Position numbers and translations under genes: made by a program. Below, piece by piece: positions 23,324 to 36,002 of a DNA stretch of 64,000 nt. How positions within the stretch are numbered: the stretch's first letter is position 1; each line of letters opens with the position of its first letter. The notes below the pieces were generated by a model. It saw only the letters and a list, made by a program, of their open reading frames with translations. It ran no database searches and was not told the origin of the DNA. The stretch is from assembly GCA_907165135.1 (NCBI GenBank), contig OU015566.1, positions 806,001 through 870,000 of the forward strand. The letters run 5' to 3'. Source of the stretch: Oikopleura dioica (lineage: Eukaryota > Animalia > Chordata).

Positions 23324-24838
23324 ATGTCTTATTTTAATAATACCGATGGATCGAGCAACGATCCTTGGGGGTCATACGGAAATGACACCTCTTATTCATT
23401 CGGAGATCAATCGACTCCAGCTTATCCGACTCAAGATAATACCGCACCATCATTTACCCCAGCACCTGCTCCGACTTTTTCTGCAATGAATTCGACTCCA
23501 CAGAGTACTGATACTCAATTTGCTTCTTCTTTTGCTCAAGCAGCGCCAATGGCACAAAACACAGGTAAAGATGATTACAGTTTTTTTCCTCTTTTATGCA
23601 CCCCAATTTTGTGGACATTTTCTTTATTTTAAGGGTTTTTAAGGGACACTTTTGTATGGATAATATTCCACTTTTGTGGACATTTATCCAGCCGAGTAAA
23701 TTTAAGAGGAAGAGAAACTGTGTAAATTGACCAAAAATGGTAAAACAGGCAAAAAAAAAGTCGTTTCGATGATAAAATTTGCCATTTTTCGAAGAAAAAA
23801 TTAGCGTAAAAAATTTTAAGGCCCTACGGCGTGACATTTTTTGAAGACTCTTGCCCACTTTTGTGGACATTTTTATGAAAATTTGGGACAAAAAATGTCC
23901 ACAAAAAAGGAAAATAACTGTATTCTTTTATTGTCGTGGGTAATTAAAGCTTCATTCTAGCTATGCCAGCCCAAGCTCTGCCGATGGAAGCCCCGAATCA
24001 CAATATTCGCGGATTGGGAGATGGAAAGAACAACGACAATCGATGGAAAATATACCTAACTCTTTGCAATCTCGTTATCTTAGTGTTCTTTATCTTGCCG
24101 ACTGTGATAATGGATGGAAAGAATCACCAAGAAACGACCACATCTGGAACAACAACTACTTCAACTCCGAATGCCGGAATTGTTTTTTGCGGCTCGAGTC
24201 CTAGATTGGGTTTGGAAGATGATTTTCGTTTTAATTTTCATAGAGCTCAATTTTCGGTCCTCCAAAAAGTCAGTCCTGCGCCAATATCATTGCTCCTACA
24301 ACAACCTCTTTTGCGACTACTTTTTCAAATCGCGGTTCAATCGATGGCTCGTACGCAAATTTTGACGATTACGACGCCGATGCAAAAGAATATTCGGTTT
24401 CTTCCTCGGGCAACGCTATGTTAGTAGACTAAATTTTTATCGAGCAAATTAATATGTTTTCAGATCTTTGTATTATGGAATCAGTGGCTACGGAACTGGT
24501 GGCTACGCTCCGAACACCGAGAAGAGCAATCGGTTTACTTCGACTTCTGATGGAATCACATTCGACTTTGCCTTCTTTCAAGTCGATACTGGCGGCGACT
24601 TCTTGGTCTTCCGAACACAAGATGGCCAAAAGTATTTTTTCACAGGCGACTTGACGGTAAATCAGGACCTTTTTCTAGAGAGAAAAAATTTTGAATTCAG
24701 GGAACTCGATTTTCGTTTTCTTCATCATACGTCGATGTTCATTTCACGACCGATGGAAACGATCAAGAGGTTGGATTTGATGTTCAAATCATTAATGGAT
24801 ATCAAGCGAATAACGACATATCAAATCTTCAAGTTTAA
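23324..24838 (+). CDS. Type II membrane protein with C-terminal CUB-like domain
   Basis: Low-complexity N-terminus, TM segment IYLTLCNLVILVFFILPTVI, then FQVDTGGDFLVF..FTG..VHFTTDG..GFDVQI. Confidence 0.65.
23578..23920. mobile_element. Tc1/mariner-type MITE in intron
   Basis: TA|CAGTT...AACTG|TA; removing it leaves a 51-nt intron. Confidence 0.7.
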
Positions 24839-24872
24839 AAATGCAAGAATACTTTTTCTGATCAAGAAAATG

Positions 24873-25027
24873 GGGAGGTGTATGGAACCGACAAAAATTT
24901 CGACAAATTTCGCGTGGTAATTTTCAACCAATCAGAAACCTGGATTCGGCTCATCGGCTAATCAGCAGCCGAGAAGCCGCCCACGCAAAATTTGTCGAAA
25001 TTTTTTGTCGCTCCCAGACACCATCCC
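24873..25027. mobile_element. Family-A 155-bp MULE-type MITE
   Basis: 9-bp TSD AAGAAAATG; same length and TIR as 4693-4847. Confidence 0.85.
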
Positions 25028-25078
25028 AAGAAAATGAGTCATATGTACAAATAGTATAATTATCAAGCTGAAAGAAAT

Positions 25079-28000
25079 TTACAATAAAAATAAGGCAGTG
25101 ATAAAAACCACAATTGTGGAAAAAAAATTTCTTGCAGAATTGAAGCCGATTTCAATCAGCATTTCTTCGAATCGCTCATTCGATTTCGGCACAGCGAGAT
25201 TGCAGATTTCCCCCTCGCAGCATTCTTTGCAGGTCTGAAAAAAGGAGCTTTGAGTTTTGGAATTTATCTGTTCTGTCAAAGGCCCGTCAAGTGTGGAGCA
25301 GGTGAACGTGTCAGCCGGGGCAGTGAGCGATTAGGTTGAGAAATTTGAGCGCGCACTTTGGAACACTTGTTTCTTTGAAAGTTGATACCTTTTTACATGA
25401 TTACCGACTTGTTTGCGACTTGATGGATGGTGATTTGGGCAAATGGGGAGCAAGAAAGATTGACAGAGCAGAAAATAAATGAAGATTGTCAACAAAAAAA
25501 TATTATAATTTTTTGATTAATTATTCAATAAATTATTAAGATTTTTAAGTTTATATTGAATAAATTATTTTAAAATAAAATATATAATCACCATTAAATA
25601 TTTTTTGTTTCTTAAAATTACGAATCTCTTATTCTTAAAATTTTAATAAATTTATATATTAAAAAAATATTGAGCCGTTCCGTTGACCACTTCTTATTAT
25701 TAGGATTTATTAAAAAAATGTGAATAATTAAAACTCACAGCTCTATTTTTTTATCTTATCCTCGAATTTTCGAAATTTCCTCTTTTTTTTTTTAATTGGT
25801 AGCCTAAATTGACAGGGTGCTCGCGTTTAGCCGCTGCTTCTGACAGCTCCACCTGGCTTGTTGAAAATTTTGACAAATTTGGACAGGCGCACTTTTCGAG
25901 AGGAAAAAAATTTTCCCGAAACATCCGAGCTGATCACTCAAGTACTCAACGAAAAAAATCAGAGCTCAATTGGATCATTTTCGTCTTGTTTCGCCGCGAA
26001 ATCGGAGCCGCGGCCCGGTGGCCAGATAGTTTTGGAAATTCCCTTATTATAGTGTCGAGTTTCACAAAAGCGCGTTTTTGAAAGCGAAAAGTACCGGAAA
26101 AAATACGACTGAAGATTAAAAAAATTTTAGCGATTGTTGGCGAGGGTCCAAATTGTAGTTTTGTAGTAGGAAATGTGTATTGAAATGTCAAGGTCTTTAT
26201 ACCCCCGATGAGCGAAAGCAGTAAATATTTAGCAGCTCGGAGATTTTAATGACCAAAAAGGGGATCAAACGGAGAACGTTTTAAGGGTCATTTGAAATCG
26301 TCAAAGAAAGGGGGGGATTTTAAATGTTGATTTTCGGGGGAAAAACGAGAAAAAGAGGTGATTTTCTGGATCAGGGTTTTGATTGGTCGGTAGGCCAAAT
26401 ACAGCAATCTTATTGGTAATTCAAAAATTCACTTCATTTTCCCCGAAATAGGGCACAAACCAAGAAAAAAGAAGCATTTTTGACAGACCAATAAGATTGC
26501 TGTATTTGGCCTACCGACCAATCAAATTCCAGATCCAGAAAATCATTTTATTTTTTTCGATTCTGCCCCGAAGAAAGGGGGGATTTCATGTTGTTGATTT
26601 TCGAGGCGAAAATCTGTTTTTTTTGTACTTACAGTGAGTCCAGTGATGGGATCAGTGTGGCATCCTAGCTGCTCCTGGTGGCACTTGTTTCGTGTCATGC
26701 AGCTCTTGCGGACTCTAATCGAATCTGTTTCTCCCGAAAAGACATGTTCGGTAAAGCAGAACTCCGTCTCTGAATTTTGACATTGAAATTCGAAAAGAAA
26801 GAAAAGAGCCTGTTTATAGCGAAAACGAAAATGGACACCCAGCTGATGAGCACAAGCAATGAAAAGTGGCAATTTCCATTTTCTCACGCCGCAAAGAGAA
26901 AACTGCCCCGGCGCGTTTATTTTCAGAATTTTGTTTTGGGAGTCAATATCAGTTTTTTTGTGAATTATACGGAGCTCGGCGCCAGTAGAAAACCTGAGTC
27001 AGGGTTCTAAGTTTACCTGAGTCAGGGTTCCGAGTAAAAACCTGAGTCAGGGTTTTGGGTCGAAAACCTGAGTCAGGGTTTAAGTCGAAAACCTGAGTCA
27101 GGGTTCTGATTGAAAACCTGAGTTAGGGTTTTAGGTCGAAAACCTGAGTCAGGGTTCGAAAAAGCCGAATTTTCCGATTTTCGAACCCTGACTCAGGTTT
27201 TCCACATTCCGATACAATTAAAAAGCCCATTTTTTCACCCCCTAAGAATGACTCGAAAAGCCGATAATGGGAAAATCTCGGTGGCACTCGAGCTGACTCA
27301 AGGATTTTTCAGATGAATGACGGCCGCTTCCGAGAGCGCTCAATCAAAAATTCTCTAATTTTTGAATGAAATTTGATCGAGTGAGCATTACCTGCTGGAC
27401 AAAAGATGTCAGGAGCGTGATTGTTGCATTCGTAGTTGTCCACTGCGTTTTCACAGGTGAAACATCTGAAGGCGTCGGCGTATGGGAGGACTAAAATGGA
27501 GAGTTAAGGGGGTAACCAATGATATTCTTCGATGGTTACTTCCAATTGTTTCTTAGGGTCTATCTCCTTAAAATTTTCAATAAAAACATTTCTTGAATTT
27601 CCGGTCAAATAAAAAAAATTGACAAAACAGATCAATCCCCAGCTGAATTGGACGGAATCTCTCACGTGATTCGAGCCCTAATCCACAAATATGGCCGACG
27701 GCCGCAGCGGGTACCCAAATTTTATGACCTCTAATAGCAAATATGATGAGCGCGAATTTTTGACACTCGATCGGAAGTCGACCAATTTGGGTTAGATTTT
27801 TGGATGTTTCCGGAATTCAGATTTTTTAAAGAAAAAAAAAATTCTCATTTGTCAAATTTCCGCTGATTCGACAAAAAAGTGGGCAGGTGTCGCCCAGACT
27901 TGGACAAAGCAGGAACGCTTCCGGAACTCCACTCGGCTTTGATCTATCTGCCCACGTGACACATTGTTTGCTGGATCAAATCAGAAAAAGAAAAGAAGAT

Positions 28001-28407
28001 GAAACTTGCAAATCTGACAGGTAAGCCTTCCTGGGCCATTTGTTGACGATTAACACAAATAAACAATTCGAAAAGTAAAATGATGGTTCTGTTTAGGATT
28101 TCCGGATTTTTGAATGAATTTATTTTGCGCATAAATAATGAGAAAATATTTTTCATTCCAAATTGAAAACTCAGGGCTTCAAGAAAGCTCGAAAACCTGA
28201 GTCAGGGTCCTATGCTCTTAATTCATGATCACTCAGGACCCTGACTCAGGTTTTCCACACAGGTTTCCGCTCTTTTAAGCTGTGGACTAAAGTTGTGACA
28301 CCCTTAAAATTAAAGATTTTCTTACCTCTCTTGTAAATATGAACAATATCAGCTTCAGTAAAATCTCTAGAAAACACGATTCCCAATAAAACAGCAATAA
28401 TCTTCAT
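25079..28407 (-). CDS. LYPD6: LYPD6-like Ly6/uPAR three-finger GPI protein (4 exons)
   Basis: Signal peptide; [25 protein letters not shown] / [15 protein letters not shown] / [11 protein letters not shown]; hydrophobic tail. Closely parallels LYPD6 FKCFTCE..DNYECN..APDIYCP. Confidence 0.8.
26359..26545. mobile_element. Palindromic MITE with ~60-bp TIRs
   Basis: TGATTTTCTGGATC..GATTGGTCGGTAGGCCAAATACAGCAATCTTATTGGT mirrored; partial relative at ~11276-11335. Confidence 0.6.
26985..27205. repeat. ~25-bp tandem array of AACCTGAGTCAGGGTT (family E)
   Basis: Six exact TGAGTCA units, one variant, and an inverted unit at ~27189. Confidence 0.8.
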
Positions 28408-30156
28408 TTTCCCGAAATCTCTTCAAACAAAAACTCAAGTCAGCAATTTTTCTCTTGTTGATTTTAACTCAGAAACTGTGAAAAAATATGTAAATTTTGA
28501 GAATAAGGTGCGATCCTCGCTCTTTTTGATTTATTTCGCGGCGGAGGAGCGCGCGCCGCGAAATTCGCGCTCCAGAGCGCCACGATCATTTTTTGGTGCT
28601 TTGGGATCATCAATCAATTGATTTTCGTGTGGTTTTGAGGGGAAATGAGAAATTGAAGATTGTTAATTTTAAAATGAAATCAATAATCAGTTCCGGATGG
28701 GAATTGTTTATTGCGCATCAGGAATTTCTTCATCTTTCTTGAGAATTTTTGCTTAGGGCTCTTAGCATAGGGTAAGGATTGTCGGGGCGAAAATAAGGGG
28801 TGGTGTAAGGAACCGACATAAAAATTTCGACAAATTTTGCTTAGGTTTTTTCTCAGCTCCGTACTGGCCGGTTCGCCGAATCTTTGCTTCTGATTGGTTG
28901 AAAATTTCCAGGAAAATTTATCGAAAAATAGGGGTTTCAGCTCAACTTTTCGTTTTTTCTTCCAAAAATTCGGATTTTTGAACAAAACTTGAATCAAAAA
29001 AATCAAAAATCTGTGAAAAAGGCCATGAAAATTGTTTGACGAATTTGTTAAAATAGGGATTCCCTATTAGTAGGGTCCGCACGCAAAAAAGGGTCGGATC
29101 AGTGCGCTCAATTTTTTCAAAAAACGGCTTGGATAGTATGAAAGAGCAACTCAAACTGAATATTTTTCATATTGAAAGTTTTTCACCGCCACTGACTTTT
29201 CTGCCGGAAATGGTCAGGTTTAACACCGGAAATCGGTACTTTTTCACGTTTCTGGCCGGCTCACCTTGATCTCATCGTGATAAGATATTGATAAGGGGCT
29301 CAAAAGAAAGCTCGTCGTCTGAGCTTTCTATTGGTACCAAAAAAAAGTAGTCACTTAGTTCAAATTTTTGGCGCTAGAAGCGATTGAAGGTGCTCAGGGT
29401 GCTCAAAAATTGCTTAAAATCACCGGAACTAGCCGGTTTCGGTCAAAAACCTCATGTAACCCCTTACATATGAATATCTTTCGATAGGACTCTTTTCTCT
29501 TGACAAAATATTGACCGGTTAAGAGCTCAACCAACCGGTTCTCAGGCCAAAACCAGCCGGTTTCTCTCCAAAACCACGTGTTTTCTATTACATATGGATA
29601 TCTATCGAAAGGTTTTTCTTTTTTGAGTACAAATTGACCGGTTCAAAGCCGGCTAAAAGGTCAACTTTGGTCAAGTTCGGCCGGAGGACCTCCCTGGTGG
29701 AAGACCATCCGCTGGAAGACCAGTATTTAAAATTTTTAATATATGGCTATGCTCGGTCAATATATGGCCACGTATGGTAAACGTTGGTCAAGTTTGGCCG
29801 GAGGACCCTCGGAGGACCTTTCTGGTGGGAGAACATCAGCTGGAAGACCAAAATTAAAAAATGAAATAAAATGCCTTGGTGGGCTAAGAATAAACACTTT
29901 CGGCAAACTTTGGTCACTTTTTGCCGGTAGACCCCCGGAGGACCCCTTCTAACGGAGAACAATCAACTGGAAGATCATTAAATAAAAAATTAAAATCAAT
30001 CACAGTCGACTTAGTGATTATAGGGGCATCGCCGACCAAAAGCTATGTGGCCACATAATTCAGTGAGTGACAAAGAAAAGCCGTCAAAAAGAGAAGGCAA
30101 CGCCCGTTTATTCGAACCGAGATAAGGCCAAGCCTGTTTATCCTTTTGAATAAGAG

Positions 30157-31502
30157 TAAGGGCGAAGCCGACCCGAAGGGAGGCCACGCCCGTTCATTCT
30201 TTTCAATCAGAATCAGGGCGAAGCCGACCCGAAGGGGAGGCGACGCCCGATCATTCTTTTCAATCAGGGTCAGGGCGAAGCCGACCCGAAGGGGAGGCGA
30301 CGCCCGTTCATTCTATTCAATCAGAGTCAGGGTGAAGCCGACCCGAAGGGGAGGCAACGCTCGCTCATTCTATTCAATCAGAGTCAGCGCGAAGCCGACC
30401 CGAAGGGGAGGCCACGCCCGTTCATTCTTTTCAATCAGAGCTAGGGCGAAGCCGACCCGAAGGGGAGGCCACGCCCGTTCATTCTTTTCAATCAGAGCTA
30501 GGGCGAAGCCGACCCGAAGGGAGGCCACGCCCGTTCATTCTTTCAATCAGAGCTAGGGCGAAGCCGACCCGAAGGGGAGGCAACGACCGTTCATCCTTTC
30601 AATCAGAGTTAGGGCGGAGCCGACGCGAAAGGAGGCCACGTCCGTTCATTCTATTCAATCAGGGTCAGGGCGAAGCCGACCCGAAGGGGGGCCACGCCCG
30701 TTCATTCTTTTTAATCAGAGTCAGGGCGAAGCCGACCCGAAGTGGAGGCCACGCCCGTTCATTCTTTCAATCAGTGTAAGGGCGAAGCCGATCCGAAGAG
30801 GAACCACGCATGTTCATTCTTTTCAATCAGGGTCAAGGCGGAGCCGACCCGAAGGGGAGGCCACGCTTGTTCATTCTTTTCAATCAGGGTCAGGGCGGAG
30901 CGGACCCGAAAGGGAGGCCACGCGCGTTCATTCTTTTCAATCAGAGCTAGGGCGAAGCCGACCCGAAGGGGAGGCAACGACCGTTCATCCTTTTCAATCA
31001 GAGTTAGGGCGGAGCCGACGCGAAAGGGAGGCCACGTCCGTTCATTCTATTCAATCAGGGTCAGGGCGAAGCCGACCCGAAGGGGGGCCACGCCCGTTCA
31101 TTCTTTTTAATCAGAGTCAGGGCGAAGCCGACCCGAAGTGGAGGCCACGCCCGTTCATTCTTTTCAATCAGTGTAAGGGCGAAGCCGATCCGAAGAGGAA
31201 CCACGCATGTTCATTCTTTTCAATCAGGGTCAAGGCGGAGCCGACCCGAAGGGGAGGCCACGCTTGTTCATTCTTTTCAATCAGGGTCAGGGCGGAGCGG
31301 ACCCGAAAGGGAGGCCACGCGCGTTCATTCTATTCAATCAGAGTCAGGGCGAAGCCGACCCGAAGGGGAACCACGCCCGTTCGTTCTTTTCAATCAGAGC
31401 TAGGGCGAAGCCGACCCGAAGGGGAGGCAACGACCGTTCATTCTTTTCAATCAGGGTAAGAGCGAAGCCGACCCGAAGGGGAGGCCACGCCTGTTCATTC
31501 CA
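30157..31502 (+). repeat. 57-bp tandem array (~23 units), left arm
   Basis: Unit AGGGCGAAGCCGACCCGAAGGGGAGGCCACGCCCGTTCATTCTTTTCAATCAGAGTC. Confidence 0.95.
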
Positions 31503-31726
31503 TTCAATCAGAAGCAGGGCCTTGTATCAAATTTGTGGACATTTTTCAGATAACGAGGGGACAAAAAATATCCACAGAATCCGTCAACAACTGTTTTAAG
31601 AGAACCCTAGCCCTTATTTTGACTTTATTTAATGAACGAAAATGCAACCTCTTACAGATTAAGTTTTAACGACGGTTTTTTCGAGATATAAAAGTTTTCG
31701 ATTTTACTCTGATTGTGAAGAATGAT

Positions 31727-33527
31727 TTGGCGTGGCCTCCCCTTCGGGTCGGCTTCGCCCTGACACTGATTGAAAAGAATGAACGGGCGTGGCCTCCTTC
31801 GGGTCGGCTTCGCCCTGACTCTGATTGAAAAGAATGAAGGGGCGTGGCCCCTCCTTCGGGTCGGTTCCGCCCTGACCCTGATTGAATAGGATAAATGCGC
31901 GTGGCCTCCCCTTCAGGTCGGCTTCGCGCTGACTCTGATTGATTAGAATAAGCGAGCGTTGCCTCCCCTTTGGGTCGGCTTCGCCCTGACCCTGATTGAA
32001 TAGAATGAACGGGCGTTGCCTTCCCTTCGGGTCGGCTTCGCCCTGACTCTGATTGAATAGAATGAATGGGCGTGGCCTCCCCTTCGGGTCAGCTTTGCCT
32101 TGCTTTTGATTGAAAAGAATGAGCGAGCGTGGCCTCCCCTTCGGGTCAGCTTCGCCCTGACTCTGATTGAAAAGAATGAACGGGCGTGGCCCCCCCTTCG
32201 GGTCGGCTTCGCCCTGGCACTGATTGAAAAGAATGAACGGGCGTGGCCTCCCCTTCGGGTCGGCTTCGCGCTGACTCTGATTGAATAGAATGAGCGAGCG
32301 TTGCCTCCCCTTCGGGTCGGCTTCACCCTGACTCTGATTGAAAAGAATGATCGGGCGTCGCCTCCCCTTCGGGTCGGCTTCGCCCTGACCCTGATTGAAT
32401 AGAATGAACGGGCGTGGCCTTCCCTTCGGGTCGGCTTCGCTTGACTCTGATTGAATAAAATGAATCGGTGTGGCCTCCCCTTCGGGTCAGCTTCGCCCTG
32501 ACTCTGATTGAAAAGAATGAACGGGATCGGCCTCCCCTTCGGGTCAGCTTCGCCCTGGCACTGATTGAATAGAATGAACGGACGTGGCCTCCCTTTCGGG
32601 TCGGCTCCGCCCTAACCCTGATTGAAAAGGATGAACGGTCGTTGCCTCCCCTTCGGGTCGGCTTCGCCCTAGCTCTGATTGAAAAGAATGAACGGGCGTG
32701 GCCTCCCTTCGGGTCGGCTTCGCCCTAGCTCTGATTGAAGAGAATGAACGGGCTTGGCCTCCCCTTCGGGTCGGCTTCGCGCTGACTCTGATTGAATAGA
32801 ATGAGCGAGCGTTGCCTCCCCTTCGGGTCGGCTTCACCCTGACTCTGATTGAATAGAATGAACGGGCGTCGCCTCCCCTTCGGGTCGGCTTCGCCCTGAC
32901 CCTGATTGAAAAGAATGATCGGGCGTCGCCTCCCCTTCGGGTCGGCTTCGCCCTGATTCTGATTGAATAGAATGAACGGGCGTCGCCTCCCCTTCGGGTC
33001 GGCTTCGCCCTGACCCTGATTGAATAGAATGAACGGACGTGGCCTCCCTTTCGCGTCGGCTCCGCCCTAACTCTGATTGAAAAGGATGAACGGTCGTTGC
33101 CTCCCCTTCGGGTCGGCTTCGCCCTAGCTCTGATTGAAAAGAATGAACGGGCGTGGCCTCCCCTTCGGGTCGGCTTCGCCCTAGCTCTGATTGAAAAGAA
33201 TGAACGGGCGTGGCCTCCCCTTCGGGTCGGCTTCGCCCTAGCTCTGATTGAAAAGAATGAACGGGCGTGGCCTCCCCTTCGGGTCGGCTTCGCGCTGACT
33301 CTGATTGAATAGAATGAGCGAGCGTTGCCTCCCCTTCGGGTCGGCTTCACCCTGACTCTGATTGAATAGAATGAACGGGCGTCGCCTCCCCTTCGGGTCG
33401 GCTTCGCCCTGACCCTGATTGAAAAGAATGATCGGGCGTCGCCTCCCCTTCGGGTCGGCTTCGCCCTGATTCTGATTGAAAAGAATGAACGGGCGTGGCC
33501 TCCCCTTCGGGTCGGCTTCGCCCTTAC
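31727..33527 (-). repeat. 57-bp tandem array (~31 units), right arm, inverted
   Basis: Reverse complement of the left-array unit. Confidence 0.95.
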
Positions 33528-36002
33528 TCTTATTCAAAAGGATAAACAGGCTTGGCCTTATCTCGGTTCGAATAAACGGGCGTTGCCTTCTCTTTTTGAC
33601 GGCTTTTCTTTGTCACTCACTGAATTATGTGGCCACATAGCTTTTGGTCGGCGATGCCCCTATAATCACTAAGTCGACTGTGATTGATTTTAATTTTTTA
33701 TTTAATGATCTTCCAGTTGATTGTTCTCCGTTAGAAGGGGTCCTCCGGGGGTCTACCGGCAAAAAGTGACCAAAGTTTGCCGAAAGTGTTTATTCTTAGC
33801 CCACCAAGGCATTTTATTTCATTTTTTAATTTTGGTCTTCCAGCTGATGTTCTCCCACCAGAAAGGTCCTCCGAGGGTCCTCCGGCCAAACTTGACCAAC
33901 GTTTACCATACGTGGCCATATATTGACCGAGCATAGCCATATATTAAAAATTTTAAATACTGGTCTTCCAGCGGATGGTCTTCCACCAGGGAGGTCCTCC
34001 GGCCGAACTTGACCAAAGTTGACCTTTTAGCCGGCTTTGAACCGGTCAATTTGTACTCAAAAAAGAAAAACCTTTCGATAGATATCCATATGTAATAGAA
34101 AACACGTGGTTTTGGAGAGAAACCGGCTGGTTTTGGCCTGAGAACCGGTTGGTTGAGCTCTTAACCGGTCAATATTTTGTCAAGAGAAAAGAGTCCTATC
34201 GAAAGATATTCATATGTAAGGGGTTACATGAGGTTTTTGACCGAAACCGGCTAGTTCCGGTGATTTTAAGCAATTTTTGAGCACCCTGAGCACCTTCAAT
34301 CGCTTCTAGCGCCAAAAATTTGAACTAAGTGACTACTTTTTTTTGGTACCAATAGAAAGCTCAGACGACGAGCTTTCTTTTGAGCCCCTTATCAATATCT
34401 TATCACGATGAGATCAAGGTGAGCCGGCCAGAAACGTGAAAAAGTACCGATTTCCGGTGTTAAACCTGACCATTTCCGGCAGAAAAGTCAGTGGCGGTGA
34501 AAAACTTTCAATATGAAAAATATTCAGTTTGAGTTGCTCTTTCATACTATCCAAGCCGTTTTTTGAAAATCAAGAGATTTCAGGTGGTCGATTTTTGCGT
34601 GCGGACCCTACCTATTAGGGAACCCCTAAAGAAAGGTTTAAAAATTCGATTTGCAAGAAAAAAAGCAACAGCAAAATCAAAAAAAGTAAAAAGCTCTCCT
34701 TTTTCCCAGCAATTACAAAGATAATGAGTAAAAATTATAAGCCCGTTTTTGAGCGATAATTTATCACTCCTCCTGTTTTTGACAATTCAAAAGTGCAACT
34801 CATAATTGCCCCGCTTTGAAAACAGAAGCTTATCTCGTGTACTTAGGCCAAAATCACCTTTTTGTCCAAGAGGATTTCCGAGAAACAAGATCTGCTCGAA
34901 GTGAATCACGTGATTTTCGCCCGAGATAATTTTCTTGAGAACGAAAATTTGTAAGTTTTATTTGCATTTTGATTTTTGTTCGAGTGGGGTTCCGTTTGAA
35001 TGGGCAGGAAGATAGGGATATTCAAAGATGAGAAGAGCGGGAAGAAGGGAGAGAGATTCATTTTGAGTGGGTCACGTGAGCCAACTTGAGCCGCTTCAAA
35101 AAGCAACGCCGCCGCCTATCACTTACGAGAGCAAATATACACGGACTCAGCGCATTTGGGCGAGAATTGCTTGATTTTGGGTGCTTTCTAGTTGTTCAAA
35201 AACAAATAAAATAAAAATCGAAATCGATAAATATATCAAAATATTTTCGAAAAAAAGAGCCTTTGAGACAAAATTTCAACCAATCAGAATCGAGTTTCGC
35301 GTCTCATAGCCAATCAAAGACCATCATTTTGGCTTCAAAGTCCACTTTTTTGATATTTTTCTTCAGCCAATCATAAACCTATTTTTTGTAATTTTCACAC
35401 TCTTTTCAGGAAAAAACCGTGTTGGTCCTTAAAATTCAGAAGTTGTTTAGGCGGCGTCACCTGATCAGAGTCGATATTCACGATAGGGCGCGGATTATTC
35501 ATTTTGAAAACTTTTCAACTCGCGTCGTATCAGTTGTGTGTGTATAAATTCTCTTATCAGTGCTTTATCGAGGGTGAGCTTTCCCAGCAGGAGATCTTAT
35601 GTGAGCCGCCGTTTTTTCCGAAGAAATGATCTCTTTATTTCTTCACGAAGATTTTTACAGAAGAAAATGACGCTAACGGCAAGAGCTCTAAAATTTTCAA
35701 TGAAAAAAGAAAGAATTTTAAGGGCGTCGACCTGATAATCGTCCAAAAGCGAATTTCCAGGAGAATATTATCAGGACGATTTCAATTAGTCTTTTTGTTG
35801 GTTTTGTTAATTTTTTCCACATTTTCAATAATTAAGGGTGTCAACGACGATTTCGTCAAAGTTATGAGACCCTTAATGATCAAAAACCATTTTCTAGGGA
35901 TCATCATCATAATCGTATATTTGATAGTTTTCTCTTGATCTTGGAGTTTCTCAAACATGGTCCGCAGAATCTTCATCTTGCTCTTCATCTCTTCGCCATT
36001 AT

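Larger units (their letters stand above)
29071..34610. mobile_element. 5.54-kb non-autonomous foldback DNA transposon with hAT-like ends
   Basis: TAGGGTCCGCACGCAAAAA TIR; 8-bp TSD CCTATTAG (29063-29070, 34611-34618); mirrored arms; no transposase ORF. Confidence 0.9.

Noticed and set aside
30146-33537. ORFs with 19-aa repeats (RAKPTRRGGHARSFFSI...) and a CRISPR-like appearance
   Set aside because: The 57-bp period is divisible by 3, so open frames arise by chance; frames shift freely. There are no unique spacers or cas genes, and the DNA is eukaryotic.
29743-33940. Identical ORF pairs 29743/33731 and 29747/33721
   Set aside because: Mirror images created by the inverted arms; no recognisable protein motifs
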